Notes under the pieces: generated by a model | What the model saw: only the letters and a program-made list of their open reading frames with translations | Database searches by the model: none | What the model was told of the DNA's origin: nothing | From: Antedon mediterranea | Lineage: Eukaryota; Animalia; Echinodermata | Direction: 5' to 3' | Length of the DNA stretch: 64,000 nt | NCBI RefSeq assembly: GCF_964355755.1 | Contig: NC_092673.1 | Location: 22,813,648-22,877,647, forward strand | Part shown: positions 13,617 through 25,707 of the stretch, in pieces | How positions within the stretch are numbered: position 1 is the first letter of the stretch | How the letters are laid out: each line of letters begins with the position of its first letter | Position numbers and translations under genes: made by a program

Positions 13617-16600
13617 ATCAATGTTTGCTCATTATTTGAGCTATTTTTTATATATTAACTTATATAATAATTAATATGAAAATTGATTTTTTATTTTTTG
13701 TAATAATGAAGTCGCATATATATTGATAAAATCATAAAATTCTTAATATGCATTTTATATCTTATAATCATACAAATTTAAACCGAGATAAAAACTTGAA
13801 ACCACCAAATGACAAGTCTGAAATAACTCTTATTGTTAAAACACATTGATTTAATATTATTAGGATATTAATGCCAAATTCTTTTGTCACATCCAGTGTT
13901 AAGTTAAAGACCTCTTTCCTACGTTTTTTGATCTAATTTAAGATCACAAACTATATTTAATGTAAAAATAATACAATATGATCCTATTGCGACAACATTT
14001 TTTGTCTTTAAACGGTTAAAATGTGAAAAATAAGTTGATTCTAATAATTATAGCGGCCCGCTATAAATCCCAAAATGCATTGCGTGCGGATTGATATTTT
14101 TGTTTTTCTTCTGTAATTCGCCCACTTTTGATCGATAGTGAGGCCAAAACAAATAGAAGACTCCTAACTTTTCAGCGAAAATACCAGGTTTTCCCCAATT
14201 TGTATCAACGGAGTCTGGCAAAAATAGAAAGACAATTAATGCAGAAACTATACAACATCAGGCTAGGTATATTAGCTAGCGTACGTAAAGACTGTCCACG
14301 AGAGGTCATTCGCCGCAAGCTATTTAGATAGTGCATTGTTTCTCACTTTTTATCATAATTTACCATAAAACGTACATTTAAGACAAGGAATGACCTGGTT
14401 TAATGTTTTTAAAGTAATATATATGTATTATTTTTACAAAACGTCACAAATTGTAGGGAAGGTGTCTTTAAGCTCTGACTACACTATCAAAGTTTACGTG
14501 ACAAAAAAATGTGCCCATATACTGTATGGACATGATAATGTCATATGACTTATCAGATTGGGGCATATTACTACCATATTTACTAATAATAAATTTGAAA
14601 AACTCCAAAATGCACAACACACTGTATATCATCATCATTCTTACCTGATTATTAGTGAGGGAAGCACTCACCTTCTGCTAACACCTAGGTCCGCCCCTGA
14701 TTTGCTTCTCTCTATAATGTGTATTGACAGTAGACCTAATATCCTAATTTTATGAAGCAACATGTATTTAACTATTAAAGCTCTGCCTGTTCAACAACTG
14801 TCTGGTATTCAGTGTTATAATGCACAACCAGACACTTTTTTCTATTTAGATATTCATGCTTAAACGCCAAATTCTATAATACATAATTGCTAGACTCAAT
14901 GATAATCATAATTATATGAAACTAATATACATTTACCTGTCTATACATTGCATTCAAGCATATACTGTATTCCCAAGCTAGGATCTACCAAGAGATGTAA
15001 CTATACATTTCAAAGTGTCAAATAATTTGTATTCATTTCTACAAGGGATAAAAATGCGAAAAAAGAAATCACAAAGATGTAAAACAAATTAAAAAGAATT
15101 TTATTTTAATCGAAAAGTAGGCATGGTCTACACCTTGCTAAAAAAAGTTTTAGTTTGAGTTAGAATTGAGTGTACCTTAAAAGCCCCAATGGTCCAATGG
15201 GGATTTCTATTTTAAGCAGGAGCCAAGTTTGATTTCAATTTAACAACTTTTTTCTCTGTAGCTTTTTATTTTGATACCATGCAAGCAGAGACAAAAAGGA
15301 CAAAACAACACCATCATTTGTATATGGTATCAGAGATTCTAAATCTACAAAAGGATATTTACATCCCTTAAGAATTAATTAACATCTTCTGACACAATGT
15401 AAAATATATGAAATGAATAAAAAAGAACTAAAAAAATACATATAGCAACATACATAGTTATAACTAATGCAGAAATGGTTATTCACATTTTTTGTATTTC
15501 AGTTTTATATTATCATCCTTACCATTTTACTATAATGATGATGAATTTACCTGTCCTGTGTACAGTGATATTTTGAGTGCTCCTTACAAACAAGACGAGA
15601 AATTTGTTCAGGATAATTTAGTATCACAGAGGTTAATTATAGCAGGGAGTTGTAAACAGTGTACATGTCTTTCAAATGACTTGTCAAGATGGTCTAGTGG
15701 TAAGGACACACCTGTGTGTGAGAGGATGCAGGCTTAAATCAGTTCTTCCGTAAAGAATAATCAAAAATGAAATTTAGATCATAGTTAAAATTGTATTGTC
15801 TAATAAGTGCTAATCTCAACTGATAAGGTATTCTTATTATTTATGATCCTTGTATTAAAAAATATTGATTTTTATCATTTTCAATGAAAAATTGACAGTG
15901 TGTTTTTTAATATTCATACCTACTGCATACAGTACTGAGTACAATATTAAATTCAAGTTTACCTATCCAATATGTTTTTAGTTCTTCATTGCATTGTTTA
16001 CCTGTATTCAACCAGTTGTTCCTGATTTTAGGCAGTCATGCTTAAATGTCAAATTCTATAAATAGGATATAATAATTGCTAGACACTCTCTAATCACAAA
16101 CAAAAAATTCAAATATAATTGTATTGTCGGGCACTTTTCATATTATACATATTTATTTTTAAATGCCAAATTCTAATCTATAGAATATTTTGTAAAATTC
16201 TGTACTTGTTTTCATATTTTAAGTGTTTATTTTTAAATGTCAAAATCTATATATAATTAGTTATTGCTACAGTATTACATTCATAATCGAAAAAATTATT
16301 TCAAATTTACATACTTTGTAGCATTTGAGAGTTACGTTGTACTTGTTTACCTGTTAAAAACCAGACACATGTTCCTGTTTAAAGTGGTCATGTTCGACAC
16401 CTTTGCCGTGAAAGCTTTAGTTTTAATCTTTCATCTGTGCCGTGCGGTCATTAAGAGAACGTGTTGATGGATACGCAGGAACTAATAAATGAGACACCTG
16501 CATAAACACAACAATTAATATCTAAAGTGCTCTCGTTGCTTTTTACCGTTTTAAAATGCAATGGTAATGTGCAGAATATCGATGTAGTTTAAAACTTATT

Positions 16601-17789
16601 ATATCTGTTGTTGTTATGATAAGGACTTTTATAGAGCTGCTATGTTGCAGTATTTTGAGAATGTTGATACAACTGTTTTAGTGCGGGCACTTGTTTATCT
16701 GTTTAAGGGGGGAAAAAAAAAATATTTTTTAAACTTATGGAACATATAGTGTTACAGTCATGATAGTATTAAAGTAGAGGCTATTCAGGAAATATTTTTA
16801 ACACCCCTTTTTAGAACTCCAAAGAGAGGTTTTACTGTGCTATGTGAATACAACAAACAGACATATGTACTGTATAGACAGCTCCACTAATTATGCAGCT
16901 GGTAATCAGCGTGATTGGGCCTACCCATGTACACCTAAAGTGTAGAGTGTGTCTAATGCGACAAGCATTGGTCTGAAACTCCCGATCTTGCGATCATAAG
17001 TCCACTGGACACACTGTGCCACACTGCCTTTGATTGGATAAATATGATCTAATAGTAGAGGACTATATGCTTGTAGCGTTGCATTTTGAATTCCATCTTG
17101 TAAGCATCTGCTTGACAGTGTAGTTTGCCAGTACTGACTGACGATAGTAGTTGTTATATATTTTCTGGACATACAGTTAATTACGTCAATAGTGTGTACA
17201 ATATGGTTCAGTTAATTAACACTGATTAACAATACATACCATGATTTATGTTTGTTGTTAGAATTCAGTGTATGTGGCTGACATTTGAAATTTGGAACAA
17301 TGACGTCCGTAAACAAAATTGTTATTAACCTATTTTTAGATATTTTATTTAAATTTTATGATTATTATTATTGGTTATGATATTATTTTATCATTTTTGA
17401 TATGCAAATTTTAATTCCCTTTATCATCAGATTATATGCTTATAATGTGAATATTGTATGCCATACTGAATACAGGCACTATGTGTTACCATGGAGAATT
17501 CTCCATGATGTTACACATTCATTTTACGGAATTTTTTTAATATGCCAAATACAATACAGTAAAACTTTATCATCTCATAGCAACTCAGTTGGCTTTATTA
17601 AGTAGACATTCAAGAGATATAAATAAGAAATAAATGATGATAATATGATGAAAAACCAAACATTGAGTATATCCCCAATAATTGGAAAGATTTTTCCACT
17701 TGAACAAGCATTTAATTGACAAACTTAGTGTGAAATTTTATTTGTCCAACTTATCTAGACCTACATATGGAACATAAACAGCTGGTACA

Positions 17790-17905
17790 GGCCCAGTGCC
17801 GGCAAATCAAATCAAATGTCAATGTTTTGTTTTACCAATGCTCCATGCGCCTAGCCACGTGAAAACGAAACATTAACGTTCAATTTGATTTGCCGCCACC
17901 GTGCC
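17790..17905. mobile_element. Palindromic MITE
   Basis: ggcccagtgccggcaaatcaaat ... atttgatttgccgccaccgtgcc with further internal inverted pairing. Confidence 0.6.
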
Positions 17906-18027
17906 AGAACAGGTGTAAAAGAGCCTTTAGGTTTGTTGTAAATAGGATATTTCTATTAACTTTTTAAACTCTTAATAATTTAAAATACTGTTTAAAATAA
18001 TGTAGTTTTTTACTATCTATCTTGCAG

Positions 18028-19790
18028 GACATTTTTCACAACTATTCCGCCAAAGACGATCTACTGGCAGCCGTAGTACAAGCTCTAGTTCAAGTCTTAC
18101 TTCAGTGTACGCAGCCCGAGTGGATTAATATCACAACAGCGCTGAGGAATTTACTCCTGAAGCAAATAATCCACATCCCATTGAGCACGGAGTTCATCTG
18201 TCAACTACCGTTATTGGATTTGAAAGGTTTGCGATGTTTGTTTTTAACAACAAAAAATAGAAATAAACATATTGACCCCTTTGGGAATTTCTGACAAAAA
18301 TAGAATTAAACAACATATTGGAAAAATGCAAACAGCTGACAATTTGAGATCACTTTCACATATTTTGTGTTTGTTGTTATCCTTATAATGTTATTATTGC
18401 TATTCAAATCATTGCTATTATATACATTACTATAATATATGTTATAAAATATTAATCATATTAAATAATATGATGGTTCTATATATCGGACAAATTACTG
18501 AAAAATTGACAATGATGTCATTCTATGTGTATAAATTATAATCTATTGTTTTGCCATTTGATGTGTTAACAAATAAAAAGATTGCTTCTATGTTTTTTAT
18601 TTAAAATGTTTATTTAACATTTTTAAACATCTGTTTTAAAAGTAAGGTAACAAAACAAAACTTGTTATTACAGAATATTCTGTTGATCTTGGAGTTAGTT
18701 CGTTGTTCTTGATGGTGTTTGAATTACTTGGAAGCAAGTCTTACTCTTGGACTCGAAGCAATGGTATATGGACCCATACAGTCAAATGCTATTTAGCCAT
18801 AATGAAGGTATGTATTATTATGTAATTGGCCTACAATCCCTACATATGCAAATATTATGTAGAGGACAGCATACCAGTCTGCAGATACCTTGAAATGTAT
18901 ACATTTTGAGGTCCAACTCTAAAGTTGCCAAACAGGTGCGAAGACTCTTTAAGTCTGTTCTCCTGTCAACGTAACTGTCGCGAGTTACAGTTTGGGAAAA
19001 ATAGGTACGACAATTCTTTAACTTTTACAACGTGACTATGTTTTTCACCTTTTTTGTACACATTTAAGGTCTGATATTTCAAAAAAAGTCAAAATAAATT
19101 ATAATATAAAAAAAATGTAATGTTTGTCTTTAGTGTAAGCATAGATTAAGATATCAGCGAAAACATATCCTAGACTGGGTTGAAGCATCAAAACCCATAA
19201 CTTTTTTTAAGGTAACCCTCACTCTCCTAAAAGATGGAGCCTCGATGTGTACACCGAACCTCACAAAAATCCTTATCCAAGACATGTTTTACCACCTTGA
19301 ACCTGTGCTGATTTTAGATGTTTTTTGGGGTAGTAAAGTAAAATCCTCATAAGACTGATTTCTTCTGTAATGATGCACTTGGAATGTTCATTATTTAATG
19401 ATGTTTCTATTAATAAAAAAACTGTTTATGTGCATGATGTTATATAAGTATTTGTTATTAATAAACACTTTTGTTTTTTAGGATTTGTTAAGCAAAATCC
19501 CAACTGACACCTCATTGGACCAAGCTTTAAGTAGAGGATTTCTGATTGGTCAGGTTTTATGTCACAGCCTAAAGATTATGAGTTTCATTCCTCCAACCAA
19601 TCAAAGTCAGTTATTCGTTCTGACCCTTGAACTTGTGTCCATGCTTGAAAAGTCAACAGAGGGTGCTGTTCAAGAAATGTTAGTGGTTACAAAACAGTAT
19701 TGGATATTTGACAACCTTGTTTTATGTATGGAGGACAGTGAAGAAAAAACTACATTGCAACAAAAAATAAAAACTCTGAAAGCCATGTAA
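18028..19790 (+). CDS. GEMIN4: GEMIN4-like (SMN complex component), last three coding exons: 18028-18226, 18674-18807, 19482-19790
   Basis: Three AG/GT exons join in frame (213 aa plus TAA). ALVQVLLQCTQPEW, LLLKQIIHIPLSTEFICQLPLLDLK, QVLCHSLKIM, LFVLTLE and EEKTTLQQKI match the vertebrate Gemin4 C-terminus as I recall it (ALVQV.PWCSPQEW, LLEKQLLHVPYSLEY, QVFCHALHIM, LYVLALE). Upstream exons not seen. Confidence 0.8.
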
Positions 19791-20644
19791 TGCAGCATTG
19801 TGATTTAGTTTACAACTACCAGATATACTGGGACTTCAGCTTGGTTCCTACTAGCAACGCAACGCAAGGACGTAATGCAATATAAGCATTTATTATACGT
19901 TACCATTATAAGTATACAATTTAATCAAATACTATGTAAACTATTTATTGATTTATTCCACATTTATTTAGTCATCAATTACAGTACATCTGAAAACCCT
20001 TTTACATAAGAACAAGTAAATAGAACTTAAATAAACAAAGGTGTTGTTAATCAGCATATAGTGATAAAAAGTATTTTTTGACCTGTTTTTTTTTTTTTTT
20101 TTTTTTTAATGTCACTTATTAAAAAGAGGCTGAATAATGACAACAATGAGTCCACATTTGAATCAATATTCATGATTAAATTTTAAAGGTTCTAATTTTC
20201 TGCTCCAGAGAAACATGCATTATTTCTGTTCTTCATTACAACCCCAACATTTTTGTGAACTCTAAGTTTCAATCAATAAATCATAGTTTAATGTTAGGTT
20301 TGATGAAAGTTATATATTAAATCAGGAATATTTTAACTCTTACCTATTTAAAATGGTTTATAAAAAAGTGATACTTAATATGTTTGCCTAAAGGTATATT
20401 TAGTGTTGTATAGTAATGTGCGACCTACCTACTAAAAGTGATATTAAATGTTATAATGAATATATAGTGTTGGGTTATACTTTTGTTAGCATAGGGTAAG
20501 CCTATGTTTACTTTACTTACTGATACTTAGGTCTACTTAAAAATGATGAGATAACTAGGGTATGCTTGTACATCATTGAATATGACGATAATTTGAGGAT
20601 TGGTAGGATCATTACAAAGACTGTCAAATCCATCTGGTGGTGCA

Positions 20645-20756
20645 ATCATGCCCTGTTATAATGCCATAATCTTTTTCTGTGTTCAACTTATGACGTGCAC
20701 GTGGCGTTTGTCGTGCGGATAACTTACTCGTCAAAGTGACAAGTTCAAATCTAGTT
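20645..20756 (+). mobile_element. HINE family B terminal fragment in opposite orientation
   Basis: gacgtgcacgtggcgtttgtcgtgcggataacttactcgtcaaagtgacaagtt...ctagtt. Confidence 0.8.
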
Positions 20757-20984
20757 ATATTTTTTAATTTGCAACAAAATGGTAAATGAACTATTGTAAT
20801 TGCTTATTCTTTAAAACAAGAAGAAAACAACATCTGTGGGGGATAGAAGAGATGGATTGTGTATTTTGTATATTGTACGAGACATTATCGGCCCAATTGT
20901 TATTGATGCAACTGGAATAAAATCCTGACCTTGATTAATTGGACCCAAGAACCACTTAAATTCACTTTGTTTGTACTTTTTGCA

Positions 20985-21640
20985 TTAAATTCAACCAAAA
21001 ATCCATTGGCTGGCAGTCAATTTGACTCAAATTGGATAAATATTATGTTACATTAAAGTGGCATATTAAAAAAAAATTTTTGTAAGAATTATTTTTTCAG
21101 CAGGATAATACATCTTTAAAGATGTATTGTCCCTTTGCCTAATTCCAAAAAAATAAAAAATAAAATATTTCAAAAAAAGTGGGTCATTTTGAAGTATCAT
21201 AATAGTTATTAACTTTCACCAAAAAAAAATCATTTAACTGAAATACAGACGTTTTTTTTGTTTAAAAAATAACTTTGACTTCCAGTCAAAGTTTTTGATC
21301 AAAACATACCTTATAATGCAACGCGCTTGTTTGGCTACTCTGTATGCATAATCATAAAACTTCCTTGCAATCTGTGTGAAAACACCTTCTCAACCATGAC
21401 GAGTTGTAAACAATCTTAATTAGCATATGCATAATGCATACTCGTGGTTTGAAATCTTTGTTTACTTTCGCTCGCGATGATTTTCCAGACGACATGTAAT
21501 CAAATTAATTTACCTGTTAATTACGTAAACTTCTTGTTTTTGGCTCGAATTTTCGACTTAAAGTGAATAACTTTAATATTACTTTGATATGGCCAATTTA
21601 AATTTAGAATATTTTGACCTTCATCTTTAATTAAGACTGC
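20985..21640. mobile_element. Two abutting TTAA-specific (Kolobok-like) non-autonomous element ends
   Basis: aatacatct-TTAA-agatgtattgtccc at 21107-21133; same right end (gggacaatacatctttaa) at about 60735-60890; right boundary approximate. Confidence 0.55.
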
Positions 21641-21748
21641 TAAAATTACTCTAGACATTGATTTAAGTTCTGATTTACCCTCAAAACATGTCACGGTATC
21701 ATACATATTTTTTACAGTATAGGCAAATAATCTTTGTTTCTATTGTAC

Positions 21749-22732
21749 CTACGGTTCCTGCTTCAGATTTTCCAATTCTATTTGAAAGGTATTCAATATC
21801 CTGGCATTTCTTTTTGCTCTGCAGTGGAAACGAACTAAGACGACAAGCAAAATTGGGCATATGACTGCGAGGCTATAAACGAGAAACTTATCAATATTCA
21901 TTCGATTCATTCTGTTTGACACCTTCTGATTTGTTGTTTGTACCAAACGAGGCGTAGATGTAAAAATCTTCTCCTCTGGTGGTGCCACAACAGTGGCTGT
22001 CTTCTGAAAGTATTCATTTACGACATAAAGTGGTTCACTTTCAGCATATCTTGGAGGAACTTCATCTTGTACTTTTATTTGACATACGTATCTAGAGCCA
22101 TTTGTACTGGTAGTTGCAGTTGCTGTTTCTTTAATCCAAACGTGTGTGTAATTTGATTCAATGGGCCAATTAACATGTGAAAAATTAAATTGTGTTGTGG
22201 CATCCCACTTTAACTCTGGTTCAGGGTTTGTCTTCTCACACACACAAGTTACAACAAGAACTTCACTCAATGTGTAAGTTGACTTCATAAATTGGACAAT
22301 GGGATATTCTTGTGATGGTATTTCACGCACAGTCAGCTTCCCAATTCTGGAAGTAAGCATGATATTGCCATTGTATTTAAAAAAACAACGGTAATCTCCA
22401 ACATCTTCTCTCTTCAATGGATCGATCCTCAAAACATGTCTTGCATCTTCATATGTATTGTGAAATGTATATCGTGTCAGGTCAAAGCCATTACTTGGTT
22501 GACTGATGATGTAAGAACCTTTGGTCCAGATGACATCGTAGTTGCGTTTCATGTCATCTTGGATATCTGCAAAGATGCAGGTGACACATGCTTGTCTTCC
22601 TTCTACTGCTGATTGGTCCATTGGTTCATACGCAAACTTCACCGCGAAACCTTTTTGGCACAATAGTAGAATGATAAGCAATACACTGTATTTATGTAAA
22701 GCTTTGTACATTGTCGCAACTAGAGTAATCAT
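21749..22732 (-). CDS. Type I membrane protein with two Ig-like domains (V-type plus C2-type; nectin/CADM/KIRREL-like architecture)
   Basis: 327-aa ORF: hydrophobic signal-like stretch, C..W..LRI...EDVGDYRC, then VTC...NPEPELKW...NGSRYVCQ, TM FLVYSLAVICPILLVVLV and basic stop-transfer. The frame is open upstream to an acceptor at 22761. Confidence 0.85.
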   Translation of the reverse strand: MITLVATMYKALHKYSVLLIILLLCQKGFAVKFAYEPMDQSAVEGRQACVTCIFADIQDDMKRNYDVIWTKGSYIISQPSNGFDLTRYTFHNTYEDARHVLRIDPLKREDVGDYRCFFKYNGNIMLTSRIGKLTVREIPSQEYPIVQFMKSTYTLSEVLVVTCVCEKTNPEPELKWDATTQFNFSHVNWPIESNYTHVWIKETATATTSTNGSRYVCQIKVQDEVPPRYAESEPLYVVNEYFQKTATVVAPPEEKIFTSTPRLVQTTNQKVSNRMNRMNIDKFLVYSLAVICPILLVVLVRFHCRAKRNARILNTFQIELENLKQEP

Positions 22733-22997
22733 GGTAAGCAGTAAGTCTGAAAAGTAAGTATCTGAAAATATAAGACAATGTATTAACAGTTGATTTGGTT
22801 CTCCAATGTCAACTAATTATATAATGCAAAGCCAGACAAATTTAGCACAGACCGGGTTATCACCTTTATAATGCACACAGAAAATGTCACAATGTATGAT
22901 GGAAATTTAAATTGTGGCAGATGGCAATAAATTATTAATTATTTAAAATACACAAACATTTACTTTTATTTCATTGAAATTGTTTTTGTTGATTTAA

Positions 22998-23774
22998 CTT
23001 TTTCACTGCGCAGCCTTAGTCCCAGCTATGTGCGTATATGCATTTAAGAAATTTGTAAAAAAATACTAAATGACATAATTTTGTAATTATTTTAAAAGGT
23101 TGGTCTATGGTTGGAAGTAAAAAAAAAAGCTAATTTGCATATTAATGACATCATTACAACTATTTTGGATTTCCTGTTTTTTTTATCAATTCATGATAAA
23201 AATTAGTTTTTCTATAATTTTTATGGAATATGGTTTTCCCACTGGATATTGATGAAGATATGTGTAACGAATAAAAATATCAAACAAAGGTGAATTATTT
23301 TTATTGTTTTATAAAAAAATTTGGCATAAAATTGTTGGTCAAAATCGTATAAAAACGAAATTTTTCTAAAAAATCACTGTTACAGAAAAACTAACAACTA
23401 ATTCCAAATTCTTTTTGCAGAATGAACATGATATTGCCCTTTGGGTGGGTAAAAATTGGTAATTGGAGGATGTTTTTGTGCCATTATAGCTAAATAATAA
23501 GGTTATAATAATAACATGTGATAGAGGGCGCAAGTTAAAATAGAAATTTCAAGACGATATTAACAACTATAGAGGCCGCATATTGTGCTAAAAATTAGTT
23601 TTAATGAATTATATCTTAATATCTTCAAGTTTATCAAAAAACTATAGAGGGAGCTATATATTATAGGCAAATACAAATAAACAATAATTTTTCTCATACC
23701 CAGTAATACCGAATATACGCAGTTCAACGACATTTGTTTATACCCGGTACTACCAGGTACATGCAGTGAAAGAG
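22998..23774. mobile_element. piggyBac-like non-autonomous element (TTAA flanks)
   Basis: ttaa-ctttttcactgc ... gcagtgaaagag-ttaa. Confidence 0.65.
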
Positions 23775-23896
23775 TTAAACTAAAAAAAAAGATAGTTTAA
23801 TATAATAATACTTGGTTTTTTTAACAGGGGTGAACTGTTCAATTTTGGTTCAACAAAATGTATTTATATCTTGTCTGTATCATCAATGGATCATAC

Positions 23897-24354
23897 CTTG
23901 TTCACTGGCTTGTGTAGTGGTCTCTGTATCATCTTGCTTATCTGTGAAGATGTAATATTTTTTGTAATATTAGTAAAATAATTTCATATAAGTATGTATA
24001 ATAATAGTTCATTCTTATATAGCGCATATACTGTAAGGAAGCTCTCAATGCGCTGAACATTATTACCCAGTCATTTTTTGGATCAAACACGTATGGAAAC
24101 ATACTCCCATAATGCAGCAAGTAATCAGCGCAAAGTTGTGTCTTGATATAACCAGGTTCCCATTTATACCATCGGGTGCTGTATGGAGCTGGAGTCCCAT
24201 CAGGCATTTGAAATCAGCACTGCTGACTCTTATGGCAGCCTCAGATGTATTGGCTCTTGCCGTTCCTTTGGTCAAGGTGAAAACCGACTTAATCTACATC
24301 ATTACCATAATTAATATAACATACCTAGATTTGGTCTAGATGTCTCAACATTAC
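23897..24354 (-). CDS. Candidate phase-1 mini-exons upstream of the Ig ORF (24325-24354 and 23897-23941)
   Basis: Both have pyrimidine-AG acceptors and gtatg donors, lengths of 30 and 45 bp, and no stops (NVETSRPNL; KQDDTETTTQASEQ); in frame with the acceptor at 22761. Confidence 0.45.
24067..24293 (-). pseudogene. Frameshifted C-type-lectin-like exon remnant
   Basis: DFK / PDGTPAPYSTRWYKWEPG...C resembles the CTLD W.DGT..Y..W...EP motif; frameshift just before PDGT. Confidence 0.4.
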
Positions 24355-24859
24355 CTATAAAAAATAAAATTTTTAAATCATTATTTCAATAAAAAAAGAA
24401 ACCAGATTTATATAATATATATGTATAGAAAAACTTGACCAGTGATATTATACTGGAAATTAAATAATAAATTTAAAAACAATTAAGATGCGGCAATCTG
24501 TGAGAATGAACCACTCAACAGATATTCGAAATAAGAATCTTCTGCTTGATATGTGGACATCCTACTACCATTAGGCTACTGGACATTTTATGGTATGTTT
24601 CAAATCTGATTGGATAGTGAGTCTTTTATTGATACACCTCATCTTGCAGTATATCAATTCACAAAATGGGATCTTCAAAAAGATACTTTTATATATGTGT
24701 ATACAGTGTATTCCAACATATGACAAATGTTAGGGACAATATCGCTGAGCTATGGATGTTTCTGGAGTCGCCAAGTCAAGAACAACTCCGTACCCTCCGA
24801 TGGGAAATGATGATGATTCGATCCTTATCTCCCAAGGACAAGTACCAGTGGCCTCAAGC

Positions 24860-25310
24860 TCCAAAGCCTGACTTTCGCAACTCGACTGTTCATGAATCAA
24901 CCGGCTATGCACCATTTTACCTCATGTTTGGAAGGGTGCCACGGTTACCAGTAGACATGGTTTTCCGAACTTTCTCGCACACTGATCAATCTCCAGACTA
25001 CAATGCCTTTCAAAGTCGCTTGAAGATGCCATTAAGACAGTTGAGGTGACTGCACGGAAAAACCAACGACGACAAGCCAGATTGTATGACAGGAAGATGA
25101 GAGGTACCGACATTGAAATAGGTGATCACGTCTTAAAAGCCAACAAAGGTGCAGGGAAACGAAAGGTCGTTGATAGGTGGGATTCAGATACCCATGTAGT
25201 TTTAGAAAAATGGCCGGAAACTCATACATTCTGATTAAAAAGTAACACATCTGGAAAGGTTTGTGTTGTTCACCGGAACTTCATTTTAAAAGTTAATTTC
25301 CTTCCAGTGA
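24860..25310 (+). mobile_element. Gypsy LTR-retrotransposon integrase C-terminal remnant
   Basis: NSTVHESTGYAPFYLMFGRVPRLPVD; QARLYDRK...IEIGDHVL...DRWDS...VVHRN; frameshifts and stops. Confidence 0.85.
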
Positions 25311-25707
25311 GTGACGAAAATGTAGCAATTGAGACGTTGTCTTCTACACCTTCTGACCATGGTGATGTCATGACAGATATAACAGATCATGATGCATCAT
25401 CAACGAACTGAACAACCAGCTATTTGGAAAGATGTGGACCTTATGTCCCTGAAACTGCAGTACCGGAATCTGTAGAAGAGGGCGCTGTCACACTGATCGG
25501 ACGTGCATGATAAATCTGTTAAACATGCCTTTTTAAATCGGCTTAAATTTTCACATTTAGTAACCATCCAAGAAATTTAGTATATGTTTATTATTAACTA
25601 TTGTGAACTAATTCTTCTGTAAATAATACCAGGAGGTATCTAACTAACTTCTTAGGCTAGGCCTATGTTTGTTTGTGTCTGCGTCATCAGCGGATGGCGG
25701 TAACAGT

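Noticed and set aside
14780-16710. Recurring degenerate motif (tttacctgt...caaccag...catgcttaaa..caaattcta)
   Set aside because: Old decayed repeat; unit length and boundaries cannot be defined by eye
16950-17025. tRNA-like sequence on the minus strand (similar weak case at 15685-15745)
   Set aside because: No complete cloverleaf visible; most likely decayed SINE heads
18028-18226. Alternative Ser-rich reading frame of the exon
   Set aside because: Contains a stop and is not in phase with the next exon; the Gemin4-like frame is open across all three exons
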